64,000 nucleotides of DNA from a virus. The stretch is from the IMG/VR virus record IMGVR_UViG_3300038443_001768. One strand, 5' to 3'. Under the pieces are notes generated by a model that saw nothing but the letters and a program-made list of their open reading frames with translations, was not told the origin of the DNA and made no database searches. Below, piece after piece: positions 1-10,525 of the stretch (position 1 is its first letter; each line of letters begins with the position of its first letter). Position numbers and translations under genes: made by a program.

Positions 1-122
1 CGTACGTTGACAGCGCTGATGGAGATCATGCGTATCGCGATGTCGAACACGCGACGCGTGGCGTACGGTTCCATCGACGATGAAGTAGAGGGGCAGGTAG
101 GATCTGTAAAGGTGAAGGTCCT

Positions 123-1323
123 GTGATCCGCTTGGAGACACGCTTCACAGTGGCACGCAAGTCAACCTACGAAGATGCGGCGGTGGAGGCCGAGAAGCGC
201 CTGAAGGGTGAGGCGTTCAAGAACGGCAACTGGGATCGAATCGAGGTTGCCTACAAGCCACAGGTCCGACACACAGACTTGAAGGGCACGTTCGTGATCG
301 ACTTTGTCCGTGATGGCGTCGCTGGTGCTCCCGGTGTACCGACTTATGAGGCCGCCTGATGGGACACATGGAGTGGGACCACCAAGGCCGGGCGAGGTGG
401 CGCGAACGCAGCACAGTTCCGTGTCCAGGGCCACCTGGTCACGGAGGTTGCATCGGTCGGTACGAGGACGACTACGGGTCAACGAAGTGGTGCCCGACTT
501 GCACGTATGGTGACGGCCAGCAGGTCGTGATCACGTGGACGCGCTGCCCGCAGTTCGACGCCCCGCGTCCGCCCAGGGGTTGGACTCCAGAGCGGTCAGC
601 GGAAGAACAGATCGACGCAATCTACGGAGGCGTGTGATGGCGAAGAAGAAGTCATACAAGGTTCCGTTCGACGACTACTCCGGCGATCAGCTTCACTATG
701 CCGACGAGCGAACAAGGCTTGTTCACTTTCCAAACGGATGGGAGGCCTACAACGACGACTGCGACAATCCCGCAAACCGAGTCGAGGCCGGCGTAGAGTG
801 GCGTGAGCCGTACGAGTTCAAGGACACGCTCAAGTACGTGACCTACCACCGTGGGCGTAGCGCCGCGTACTTTGAGTTCGTGTCGCTCAACGATGGACGT
901 CGATACACGATGTTCCTGAAGCAGTTCGACCAGGCGGTGAGTCGGATGGTCATGGGTCAGTTCACGGGCCGCTTCGGTTTTGTCAAGTACGGCCACAACT
1001 ACGGAGTTGAACTGCTCGATGCCTGACGCGAACGGTAACATCAAGGGTATCGCCATTTCCGGCAAGGCCTCCGAGTCGTGGGAGCGGATCTTTGGTGACA
1101 AGCCGCGGAATCAATGTCCGGCCGCACATGGCGCGTCATGCTGCGGTTATTACGACGAGTGTCGAGAAGCGCTCAAGGTCGGTACACGCTCCGGGCGCTT
1201 ATCCTGCGCCGGCCCCAACCGCAGCAACATCGACTGATGCGTGACGACGACATCATCGCGATGATCATGTTGATTCTTGTCGTGGTTGGTTCTCTAGCAC
1301 TTGCCTGCGCCGCATCAGCGTAA
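123..1323 (+). other. Run of small overlapping hypothetical phage genes (123-359, 359-637, 637-1026, 1019-1237, 1237-1323)
   Basis: Tightly packed + strand ORFs with overlapping stop/start codons; no recognisable motifs. Confidence 0.6.
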
Positions 1324-1359
1324 CCAGATCTACAGCCGACCGAGCGGCAATACAGACTG

Positions 1360-1737
1360 ATGCGCTGCTTAGAGTGCGGCGGTGACGCTGAAGAGAATCA
1401 CCATGTTGTACCACGCTCACGTGGCGGAACAGCTACGGTCCCTTTGTGCTCTATGTGTCATGGCTTAGCTCACGGCGTCGGCAGAAATAGCATCTCGTCG
1501 CTCACAAAGGAAGGAATTGAACGCGCACGAAGGGCAGGTATTCGGATCGGCAGGCCTCGTTCAATTCCGTTGGAGATAGTCAACCGTATTGCAGATGAGC
1601 GATCTCAAGGCGCAACGCTGGCGGCAATTGCAGACGGACTCAACAAGGATCGCATTCGAACCGCTCAGGGCGGAGCGCTGTGGTACCCAAGCACGGTAAG
1701 GCACGTACTAGCAACACCAACATCGAAAACAAGGTAG
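1360..1737 (+). CDS. HNH endonuclease fused to a recombinase-type/HTH DNA-binding domain
   Basis: CxxC...HHVVPRSRGG...LCxxCH HNH motif, then TKEGIERAR..G...GRPR and 'TLAAIADGLN..IRTAQGG..WYPSTVRHVL' as in serine-recombinase C-terminal domains; more AT-rich codons than neighbours. Confidence 0.75.
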   Translation: MRCLECGGDAEENHHVVPRSRGGTATVPLCSMCHGLAHGVGRNSISSLTKEGIERARRAGIRIGRPRSIPLEIVNRIADERSQGATLAAIADGLNKDRIRTAQGGALWYPSTVRHVLATPTSKTR

Positions 1738-1746
1738 AATCAAGCA

Positions 1747-2091
1747 ATGGGCTCTGAAGCATATTTTCCGGTAGGGACACGACTAACACACAACGAGACC
1801 GACGAGGTTCTGATCGTCACCGGCGGCGGCGATCAGTTGATCGTGTCGCCGGCCGAGTTCGGACCGACTCGAACGCTCGGCATCATTGAGGCGCGCCAGG
1901 ACTACACGGCCGATCTCCCCGAGGGCACACCAGTGGAGACGCCTCAGCAGGAGCGGGCTCGCCTCACGCCTGAGCAGATTTTCGCGAAGGCCGCTAGGGA
2001 CGCAGCCGCAGCGGGCGAGGTACCCCAGGGCCGCAGGGGACGCCGTAAGTCCGAGGGTGACGCGGAGCCGCGGCGTCAGGGCGGCGAGTAA
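1747..2091 (+). CDS. Hypothetical protein
   Basis: ORF with a TAGAAT -10 box just upstream of the ATG (leaderless). Confidence 0.6.
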   Translation: MGSEAYFPVGTRLTHNETDEVLIVTGGGDQLIVSPAEFGPTRTLGIIEARQDYTADLPEGTPVETPQQERARLTPEQIFAKAARDAAAAGEVPQGRRGRRKSEGDAEPRRQGGE

Positions 2092-2384
2092 TGGCTAAGC
2101 GTCGGATCGAGGACAAGAAGCGCGTCCGCCTCGTGAAGGCCATGCGCGTGACCCCGACACCGCTGATCGATCTCGTTGACTACGTCCGGCTACGCACGCG
2201 CTGCACGGCTGGACGCGCGCGCGCCGCGATCCTCGCTGGCGCGCTTACCGTTGACGGCCAGCCGATTGGGTTCGTAGAGGTCGACGACAAGGCTAAGAAG
2301 GACAACAAGATCAAGGTTCTGACGCAGTACGTGCGAGCCGATCTACGCGACCGGATCGTGGTGGTGAATCCTTCTGATTCGTAA
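2091..2384 (+). CDS. Putative S4-like RNA-binding domain protein
   Basis: LIDLVDYVRLRTRCTAGRARAAILAGALTVDGQPI resembles the S4 motif (RLD.YL....SR..A...I..G.V.VNG). Confidence 0.5.
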   Translation: MAKRRIEDKKRVRLVKAMRVTPTPLIDLVDYVRLRTRCTAGRARAAILAGALTVDGQPIGFVEVDDKAKKDNKIKVLTQYVRADLRDRIVVVNPSDS

Positions 2385-2439
2385 CATTCGTGCGCTGTGT
2401 TCGGCGTCATCGAGGCTGGTAGAAGAGTCACCGCAGGCG

Positions 2440-2760
2440 TTGGTGGACATGCTTGCTGGCGACGCCGCTCAGCGAGTCGGCCTGAGTGTTCGCCATTGGC
2501 GCAGCGGCGACATGGAAGACCCAGCGCCAACGCAGGGCGAGCGCGGCCTTGAGCCGGACAAGACCGGATGGGTTGACGAAGAGGAGCGCGCCATCTACGC
2601 GTCCGAACTAGGTGGACTCAGTGACACCGTCATGTTCCGTCTAGATCTTCGGCTGGACCTAGATCGTCTGCGGACGATGTCTGTGGCGCGTGCTGAGCAG
2701 CGAGCCCGCGCTCTCGCCGAGGTCAAGGCGTTGGAGTTCCTGGAAGGTTCGCTCCTGTGA
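2440..2760 (+). CDS. Hypothetical protein
   Basis: ORF overlapping the start of the resolvase gene. Confidence 0.55.
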   Translation: MVDMLAGDAAQRVGLSVRHWRSGDMEDPAPTQGERGLEPDKTGWVDEEERAIYASELGGLSDTVMFRLDLRLDLDRLRTMSVARAEQRARALAEVKALEFLEGSLL

Positions 2761-3260
2761 GGTGGCTGTCCGTCGACCCCGGCGAGGACACAGGTTGGGC
2801 TCTCTGGGAGGACGGCGACCTCGTCGATGCCGGCACAGAGAAGCTGTGGCCGTTCGGTGAGGCTGTCTACGCAGCAACGCACGAAGACGACATTGCCGTG
2901 CTGGAACTCGTCGGTGACGAGCTTGCCCTGAAGTTCAACGGCATCAAGCGTATTGTGTGCGAGGACTTTCGGATCTACCCATGGGAGGCCAAGAAGGGAA
3001 CCCTGAATTGGGACCAGGTTAGGACCGCGCGGCTTATCGGTGCACTAACCCTGATCTGTAAGGTGAAGGGCCTTGAGTGGGTTCTCCAAGGCGCAAAGAT
3101 CAAGGAACGCGCCGAGGCCGCCGGGGCGGAGTCGTTGTTCATGTCCCCGTTGAACGAAAATCGCCACGCCAATGACGCGATCCGGCACGGCGTCTACTAC
3201 TTGGCGATCGAGCGCGGCGCGCGGCCGGTCGAAATGGAGGGCGATGGTGCTAATGCGTAG
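2757..3260 (+). CDS. RuvC-like Holliday junction resolvase
   Basis: N-terminal SVDPGEDTGWA, central IVCEDF, C-terminal HANDAIRHG: the RNase H-fold RuvC catalytic D/E/D pattern. Confidence 0.8.
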   Translation: MRWLSVDPGEDTGWALWEDGDLVDAGTEKLWPFGEAVYAATHEDDIAVLELVGDELALKFNGIKRIVCEDFRIYPWEAKKGTLNWDQVRTARLIGALTLICKVKGLEWVLQGAKIKERAEAAGAESLFMSPLNENRHANDAIRHGVYYLAIERGARPVEMEGDGANA

Positions 3261-4107
3261 GGAGTACAGAAACCTCTACAGGCTGTGCCGCCCGCTGTCG
3301 TACGTCATGCCAGAGGCGGCACTGCGCTGGCTGCATCGCCATTGGAAGCTGGCCTCGGACGACACCGAGGACTGGAGTTTCTGGCTTGACGTCAGCTACG
3401 AACGCTACTGGAGAAGGAGTATCGAGCGGTGACTGAGTTTCGGTTGTGCTGGTCAGCGAGCAGTAACATCACCTTCCGCGGCGAGACCGACTGGGAGGTG
3501 TGGGACGACGAGGACGAATCTCCAGAGGTGTACTTCTACTCTCTTGATGGTCCTGGGCTCACCAACATGGCTAGAGGTCTCGGCGAGGTCTTGGAGGCCA
3601 GCGGTTTCGATTGGTGGGTGGAGACTCGATGATCTCCGGTAAGGTGCGCGGCGAATGCATTCACTTCGACTGCGCCACCGACGAAGAGATGACGTTGACG
3701 TGGATGGCGTTCTTCACCGAGGAGGCCGCCAAGGGCCTGGATTGCGACCGTTGTGGCCGGCCGCTCAACGAGGTACCTGATCCGTGATCTTCTTCGACAA
3801 CTGCGGATATGAACCAGTACCCGGCCTTGACGACTTCGTTGAGGCCGCGTACGCTCTATGTGGTGAGTCTCATCTCTTCCGACGCCGCCGGCTCGGCGGG
3901 CTGGCCGGTATTCGAATGGCCCCATCCGATATGGCAAGGTACGAACTCAACGCCGACATCTTTGATCTCAAGATCAAGGCCATCATGGACTCAGCGCCAC
4001 GCGGAGTTACCCTACTTTCGGATTACCTGTTCTGTCAGTGCGCGTGTCACAAACCAGGACTGCACGCAGTTCGCGGCGGCTGCGCTCACTGCACGATTCT
4101 GGGTTAG
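3253..4107 (+). other. Four small hypothetical genes (3253-3432, 3429-3632, 3629-3787, 3784-4107)
   Basis: Overlapping stop/start codons in a + strand operon. Confidence 0.55.
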
Positions 4108-4219
4108 TCAACGTGGCTGATCAAATCGTGTACAATACCGCTAACCCCATGCCGTTGAAGACAAACATGGAGTCAACGGTATCTCTCGACGAAGGAAGGG
4201 AGCAGAACCAGAGCCTCGG

Positions 4220-4471
4220 GTGCTGACCGAGGACGTGCAGGTAATCCTACGCCGCGTGGTCAGGCCGGATCAAGAAGATGAAGGAGATTCGGTAGCGACT
4301 ATTGCGGAGAAGGCAGACACATCGACTCGGACCGTGTATCGAGTCTTGGCCGGCACAACCAAGACCCTGTCACTAGACCTTGCGGACCGTTTGTGCATCG
4401 CCGCCGACGCGCACCTCTCAGAGTGTCGCCTGTCGTGGCCAGATGGTAGGGTCGAGCCCTACCTGTCCTGA
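4220..4471 (+). CDS. XRE/Cro-like helix-turn-helix protein
   Basis: SVATIAEKADTSTRTVYRVLAG...LSLDLADRL HTH signature. Confidence 0.7.
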   Translation: MLTEDVQVILRRVVRPDQEDEGDSVATIAEKADTSTRTVYRVLAGTTKTLSLDLADRLCIAADAHLSECRLSWPDGRVEPYLS

Positions 4472-4582
4472 TGCGGAGAGCCGACCTTTCCGAACCAACA
4501 CGGACCTCGGTAACACCGCTCCATTGCTGCGAAACAAGCCCTAATCAGGTCTTTTTGTCATTCACGGCGGTAAATTACGTGA

Positions 4583-5032
4583 ATGGCTCGAATCTCGAAG
4601 CTCGCTAACCCAGAATTCGCCAAGGCCGTCGCCGAGGCCTACGTGAACGGGATGTCTCGTGATGAGATGGCAGACGAGTTCGCCTGCCACAAGGACACCA
4701 TCACGATCTGGACGCGTGACCCACGCGTCCAGGCACACGTCTCTCGCCTCGCGCAGGAGCGCGTCAATCGCATCACGCGCAAGATCGACAAGGAGATCGA
4801 GGGCCGCCTCCAGGACGCCGAGGAGATGGACACTGAGGTTTTGCTGAAGATCCGCAAGGAGTTCCTCGGCAACGTCATCAAGCCAATCGAGGGTGCTGGC
4901 GCTGACCGTGCCGAGACTGTCTCGGAGACCATCAAGGCTGTCGAGGAATCGCCGGACCTCGCTGACGCGCTACAGCAGCTACTCCTGGGCGGCGGGCACA
5001 ACGCTACGCGCGAGCCCAACGCTGACGAGTAA
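4583..5032 (+). CDS. Putative terminase small subunit
   Basis: N-terminal HTH (GMSRDEMADEFACHKDTITIW), helical remainder, translationally coupled to the terminase large subunit. Confidence 0.6.
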   Translation: MARISKLANPEFAKAVAEAYVNGMSRDEMADEFACHKDTITIWTRDPRVQAHVSRLAQERVNRITRKIDKEIEGRLQDAEEMDTEVLLKIRKEFLGNVIKPIEGAGADRAETVSETIKAVEESPDLADALQQLLLGGGHNATREPNADE

Positions 5033-6594
5033 TGATCTCTGACGAGGGCCGGAAGAACATCCAGGAGGCGCATAAGAAGCGCTCCAAGGAGTCACGTCAG
5101 GAAAATGACGCGCGCATGGATCGACTTATTGCTCTCGCTCAGGCCGATCCGCAGGCGTTTCAGCAGCTTGTCCAGAAGGTCATGGGCAAGATGTTGGTCC
5201 CTCACTCCGAGGGACAGAAGGAAGTACTAACTGCTGAAGAGCGATTTCTTGTACTTTGTGCAGGTCGCCGGTGGGGAAAGTCGCAAATCGGGGCGGCGAA
5301 GGCGCTTCGCACGGCTCGTAAGCCGCGCCAGATCATCTGGTGGATTGCGCCGACCTACAAGGTCGTCAAGCGCGGCTACGAAGCCGTAGTCAAGCAGTGC
5401 CCGGACGAGCTTCTCCAGAAGCCTGCGCCGCCATCGTCAGGCTTTGACGCCGGCCGCGCGATTCGATTGTACTTCAAGAACGGCAGCATCATGGAGTTCT
5501 ACTCCGCCGAGCGCCCAGAGGGCATGCTCGGTGGTAGCTGCGACTTCATGATCCTTGACGAGGCAGCGACCATGCCTGAGCACGTCTGGACACAGATCGT
5601 GCGAGCAACCCTCGCAGACCGCAAGGGCAAGGCGTTGTTCATCTCCACGCCGCGCGGCAAGAACTGGTTCTACCGCATGTGGATGAACGGCCAGGACCCC
5701 CAACAGCCTGAGTATCGATCGTGGCGATTCCCGAGCCGCACGAACCCAACGATCGACCCGGCCGAGTTCGACGGCATGGAGGCCGAGCTTCCACTAGCAG
5801 TCTACGAGCAGGAGATCTTGGCGGAGTTCATCTCCAACGCCGCCAGCGTCTTTAGGTTTCCGAAAGGCCGCGACCCCGACACCGGGGAAGAGTCTAACGA
5901 TTTCCGCTCTCCGGTAATTGTCGAGCTTCAGCCGCCGCAGGGGCATGTCATTCTCGGTATCGACCTCGCCAAGCACAACGACTTCTCGGTGCTTTTCGGT
6001 GTCAGGGCCAGCGACCGGCAGCCGTGCTGGCACGATCGATTCAATCAAGTCTCGTGGCCGAAGCAGCGTGCGCTCATCAACGAAGCCGTCGATGAGATCC
6101 TCAGGACCGCCGATGGTGTAACGCTTGTCGTGGACTCCACAGGTGTCGGTGACGTCATCTACGACGACCTCGCCGAGGCCGGCTATGACGTCGTCGGCAT
6201 CAAGTTCTCGCCGCAGTGGAAGACGTCGGCGGTGCAGCTTCTGTCGGCAGACTTGGAGCGCGGCCACGCCTTCATCATCGAGGACATGTTGCCAGAGTTC
6301 GAGTCCTATTCGTACTCGATCAGCGATAGTGGTCGGTGGAAGTATGAGGCCGCCACCGGCCACGACGATGAAGTCTCCGCGGCACTACTCGCACATTGGG
6401 GCGTCGTCCATTCCGGGGTTCCCAACATCCAGACCCTCCACGGGGGCGGCGACTCGATCGTCGGGGAGTCCAGCGGCGGCTTCCTCGTCTGGGAGGACGA
6501 GGTCGACATCATTGATGATGGTGTCGCGCGAACGCGCACAGTTGCGGTCCCGACGATCGCCGATCTCATGAACAATCCCAACGCCTGGGGCTAG
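5032..6594 (+). CDS. terL: Terminase large subunit
   Basis: Walker A AGRRWGKS, Walker B ILDEAA, ISTPRGKNWFY coupling motif, nuclease domain GIDLA...VDSTGVG...HDDEV. Confidence 0.95.
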   Translation: MISDEGRKNIQEAHKKRSKESRQENDARMDRLIALAQADPQAFQQLVQKVMGKMLVPHSEGQKEVLTAEERFLVLCAGRRWGKSQIGAAKALRTARKPRQIIWWIAPTYKVVKRGYEAVVKQCPDELLQKPAPPSSGFDAGRAIRLYFKNGSIMEFYSAERPEGMLGGSCDFMILDEAATMPEHVWTQIVRATLADRKGKALFISTPRGKNWFYRMWMNGQDPQQPEYRSWRFPSRTNPTIDPAEFDGMEAELPLAVYEQEILAEFISNAASVFRFPKGRDPDTGEESNDFRSPVIVELQPPQGHVILGIDLAKHNDFSVLFGVRASDRQPCWHDRFNQVSWPKQRALINEAVDEILRTADGVTLVVDSTGVGDVIYDDLAEAGYDVVGIKFSPQWKTSAVQLLSADLERGHAFIIEDMLPEFESYSYSISDSGRWKYEAATGHDDEVSAALLAHWGVVHSGVPNIQTLHGGGDSIVGESSGGFLVWEDEVDIIDDGVARTRTVAVPTIADLMNNPNAWG

Positions 6595-6604
6595 TAGGCG
6601 AGCT

Positions 6605-6633
6605 TGACTTTGTCGGCCGCGGCGGCTAAGGTT
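6605..6633 (+). promoter_or_regulatory. SigA-type promoter of the early/accessory operon
   Basis: TTGACT-17nt-TAAGGT, with a GTG start at 6640 (leaderless). Confidence 0.55.
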
Positions 6634-6639
6634 CGCGGT

Positions 6640-9353
6640 GTGACGAATTCAGAACAAAGCGACCGCCACAGTCTCGTCGATCGCGTGGCGAAAATGCTGT
6701 GGTTGTTCGACGGGGGCGAACCCGTCGCGGCGGCCGACGCCAGTCGCACCGAGGATGCCTACCGGGCGAGGGCGGTGATGGTCGTGGAGACCGTTCGTCG
6801 CTACGACGACGGCACGGAATGGGGGCCGCTACCCGAGTTCGATCTCGACGCGATGGACGCCCGCGAGGACGAGGAGACGCGACCGTCGGTGGACCGTGAA
6901 CGTCGCTGGGCGGCGTTCTGGAGCGCCAACGATGAGATCCCATATGACTGACGCATCGGGCCAGAACAGCAGGCCGGAGAGCGAGCGGTGAGCGTCCATC
7001 CCGCACTCCGGACGTGCGCCTGCGGCCACGTTGCGAACCACCATCTCGACAAGCTCGGCTGCCAGATCGCGGGGTGCCCGTGTCGTCGCTTCGACGGCCA
7101 GAACGTGTCGCGCGAGCAGCACCGGGCGACCATCGAAGAAGCGAACCGTCGTCTGCGCAAGGCGTGGGCGCAGCGCGACCGATACCGCGCTGCGTTGGAG
7201 CGCATTGAGTCGCACGGCGCGGGCGTCGCGGTCGAAATCGCGCGTGACGCTTTGGCCGAGAAGAGTAGGCCGGAGGGCTGAGCGCGTGGCCGACGGCCTC
7301 TTTGCGTCCGACGCCCGGCCTTGACCTTCCCGCCCAGCCCTGCTAGGGTTGTCGACATGACGCCAACGCGCACCTCTCCCCTGGTCGGTAAGACTGTCTC
7401 TTCTGTGCTCTTCGATGTCTTCGTCGAGAAGGCGCTCCCGTGGATCGATCCCAAAGAAGTTGACGAGATCCGCGAGCAGCACCGCGACAGCGAGGAAGAC
7501 CTCTACGTACGCGACGGTTTAGTCTACCGGCGGGTCGTCGCTGATCTTGTCATCTCCACCGACGACGGCAACGTCTACTACGTCTCCACGTGTGGCTGCT
7601 GCGGCGGGATTGGCGGCGAACTCGGTGTGGCGGCGGCGGTCCTCTGATGTCACGCATCGCGCTGCCTGTGACGTCATGCTACGGCGGAGACCGAGCCCTA
7701 CTTGATCGCCTCGGCCTGCTCACTGACGGTTACCCATTCTCAGAGTGGATGAGGCTTGGTCGCGTGGACTTCGACAACGACGCTAAAATCACCGTCTTCG
7801 TCCTTGCGCTGCCGGCCCAGACATGGGACTTCATCATCACACGTCCAGACGAGAACGGCGGACAGCCGAAGAGCTTCAAGCTCTCGACTGGAACCGGACG
7901 CTTCACTGAGTTCTGGCCATTGGCGGCCATGCTGGCGGATAACTTGGTCTCGGTTGAGGCGCTCTGATGGCTGCGTTGACCGCCGATGAGGCCGGCGAAA
8001 TCGTCGACCTGCTAGGCGCTGTGAGGAAGATGGACAAGGTTCGTCCTGACCCGATCCTTCTCTACGACTCAAACGGCGAGTACGTCGGGCAGATCAAGTA
8101 CGACACCCACAACGGCTACATGTACTACCTGCCGGGTGATCTTGGGGTGGACGAGTGAGCACTCTTGCCTGGGATGGCTACCACGGCCGCGAAGACGACG
8201 AACGACACAAGAACCACAACAACGTGACAGTCATACTGAACCCCCGTCCGTGCGATCGTTGCGGCCTTCCGGTTCCGTCAACCAACGACGCTGTCCTGCT
8301 CGACATTACACTCGGTCACGGCGACCCGCTGAGCATGCTGCTCGGTCGCCCGCGGCACTTGCTGCCGACCAGGTACTGCGAGGGGAGTCCCAGCCGCGCA
8401 CAGTACCTTGAGGGTCAACCGCGTGACCCTCGACCCGAGTACGCCTACAACGCCGACCATGAGGCCGCCATCAGCGAGGCGCACGAGCGTATGATCGAAT
8501 GGGCCGAGTCCTACGAGGAGCGGTTCCGTTGAAGGGAACCTGCGGCTCACAGGAATGGGCGTACGGCGACAACGGCGAGGTCATCGTTTACGGCACTTGC
8601 GGGCGTGAGCCGTTCCACGAGGGGCGGCACGTCGAATACGCCGATGAGGGCCGCCCGATCGCTGGGTGGTCCGACCTCTACTGGCGGCGCGCGCCTACTG
8701 AGTGGGAGCCCCGCGCCGCTGAACTAGCACAGGCTTTGCTGGACATCGCCGAAACCGCGATGCCTTCGACGTACTTTGCGACCGATTCACGTTGCCAGAT
8801 GGCGCGTCAGACCCTGGAGGTGTTGGGCTATGTCGACGACGAAGAATGACATCATCGAGGGCGCGCTGGAGATTCTGCGCGACCCCGAGCGCTGCACGAG
8901 GGGCGGCATGAGCCGGCGCAGCGAGGGTCGTTACTGTGCGGCTGGCGCGCTGCTTGAGTCTGCGCTAAACCTCGGCGTTGACCTCGATCACCATGTCGAC
9001 CGCGCCGTAATCAATCGCGCCGTGTTGGCCTTCATGTCCGGCAACCGCGAGCGCACGGTCGAGATACTTGAGGAGGCGTTCGAGTAGTGGGCTGTGTTCT
9101 CTGTGAAAGCCTGCTTTGTCGATGCCCACAACCGCCCCCTCCAGACCCTGATCTCGTAGCCTGGGCGGCTGTTGGTCGCTCCGGCATGTGTGTCCACTCA
9201 TCGACGGTTGAGGATTGCGCGGGCTGTCAGGTTCGTAACTTTCGCGCGGCTATCCGGCGGACAGCGCAGGATCTGATCGACATCGCTCACGACTATCACG
9301 TTCTAGATCCCCGCCGCCTTAGGGCGCGTCTCATCCTGGAGGAACTCAAATGA
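6640..9353 (+). other. Array of small hypothetical genes (6640-6951, 6988-7281, 7321-7647, 7647-7967, 7967-8158, 8155-8532, 8529-8849, 8830-9087, 9087-9353)
   Basis: Dense translationally coupled ORFs, several with CxxC pairs; no function assignable. Confidence 0.6.
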
Positions 9354-10525
9354 CCAGAACTGATCCCGCAGTCTTCAACCTGCCGGTGCAGAAGCTCCGC
9401 GACGGATACTATGCGGACGCGTACTTCAACCGTGCTCGTGAACTCCTCATCGCCAACGGGCGTCATCCTCGCGTCGTGATGCAGGTCTTCCAGCGAGAGC
9501 ACAGCTTCGCTGGTGGTGTCGACGAGGCCATCGCGATGCTGAAGCTCGGCGCTGGCGGCTACTACAAGTACACAGGCTGCATGTGGGACGCGCCCGGCGA
9601 GTGCGAGCCCTCTTGCCCGTGTCCGTATCGCTGGCGGCGGGTACCGGCCGGAGGCGACGGCGTCGCTTGGCGTGACGGCTGGGGCGATCTAACCGTGAAG
9701 GCGCTTCACGAGGGCGACGAGATCTCGCCATGGGAGCCGGTGCTTCAGATCGAGGGCGACTACACGCTGTTCGCGCATCTGGAGACCACGATGCTGGGCG
9801 TGATGGCGCGCCGCAGCCTCGTGATGCGTAACGTCAAGGAGGCCATCGCGGCGGCGAACGGAAAGCCGATTTGGTTCTTCCCCGCGCGACACGACCACTG
9901 GGCAGTTCAAACCGGTGACGGAATCGCAGCGCACCAGGCCGGCATCGAAGGCGTCTCTACCGACGCCGGAGCCTCATGGTGGGGCGGACGCGGCATGGGC
10001 ACGATCCCGCACGCCTTGATTGCCGCCTATGGCGGCGACACCGTCGCGGCGGCGCGCGAGTTTGCTCAACGCTACAAGGACTCCATGAACGTCACCGTGC
10101 TCGTCGACTTCCACAACGACTCCGTGGGCACAGCGCTCCGGGTTGCGGAGGAACTTGGCGACGACTTGTGGGGCGTGCGCCTCGACACCTCCAGCAACCT
10201 CGTCGACTATTCGATCGCCAGCGATCTCGATTACGGCGAATACTCACCGACTGGCGTCAATCCTCGGCTCGTCGAGCTTGTCCGGGAGGCGCTCGACGAC
10301 GAGGGCTTCGAGCATGTCAAGATCGTCGTCTCCGGAGGCTTCAAAGCCGCCAAGATACGCGAATTCGAGCGCCTCCAGGTGCCCGTCGATGCCTACGGTG
10401 TGGGAAGTTCACTGATCCGCGGGTCCAACGACTACACCGCCGACATCGTCATGACGGACAACGAGATGTGCGCAAAGGTCGGCCGTTGGGTGCGCGATGA
10501 CTCACGCCTGGAGGCCGTGAAATGA
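9350..10525 (+). CDS. Nicotinate phosphoribosyltransferase-like enzyme (type II PRTase)
   Basis: YADAYF, FFPARHDH, GMGTIPHAL, VLVDFHND, GVRLDTS, IVVSGGF, AYGVGS, DYTADIV, CAKVGR motifs of the NAPRTase/QPRTase fold. Confidence 0.85.
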   Translation: MTRTDPAVFNLPVQKLRDGYYADAYFNRARELLIANGRHPRVVMQVFQREHSFAGGVDEAIAMLKLGAGGYYKYTGCMWDAPGECEPSCPCPYRWRRVPAGGDGVAWRDGWGDLTVKALHEGDEISPWEPVLQIEGDYTLFAHLETTMLGVMARRSLVMRNVKEAIAAANGKPIWFFPARHDHWAVQTGDGIAAHQAGIEGVSTDAGASWWGGRGMGTIPHALIAAYGGDTVAAAREFAQRYKDSMNVTVLVDFHNDSVGTALRVAEELGDDLWGVRLDTSSNLVDYSIASDLDYGEYSPTGVNPRLVELVREALDDEGFEHVKIVVSGGFKAAKIREFERLQVPVDAYGVGSSLIRGSNDYTADIVMTDNEMCAKVGRWVRDDSRLEAVK

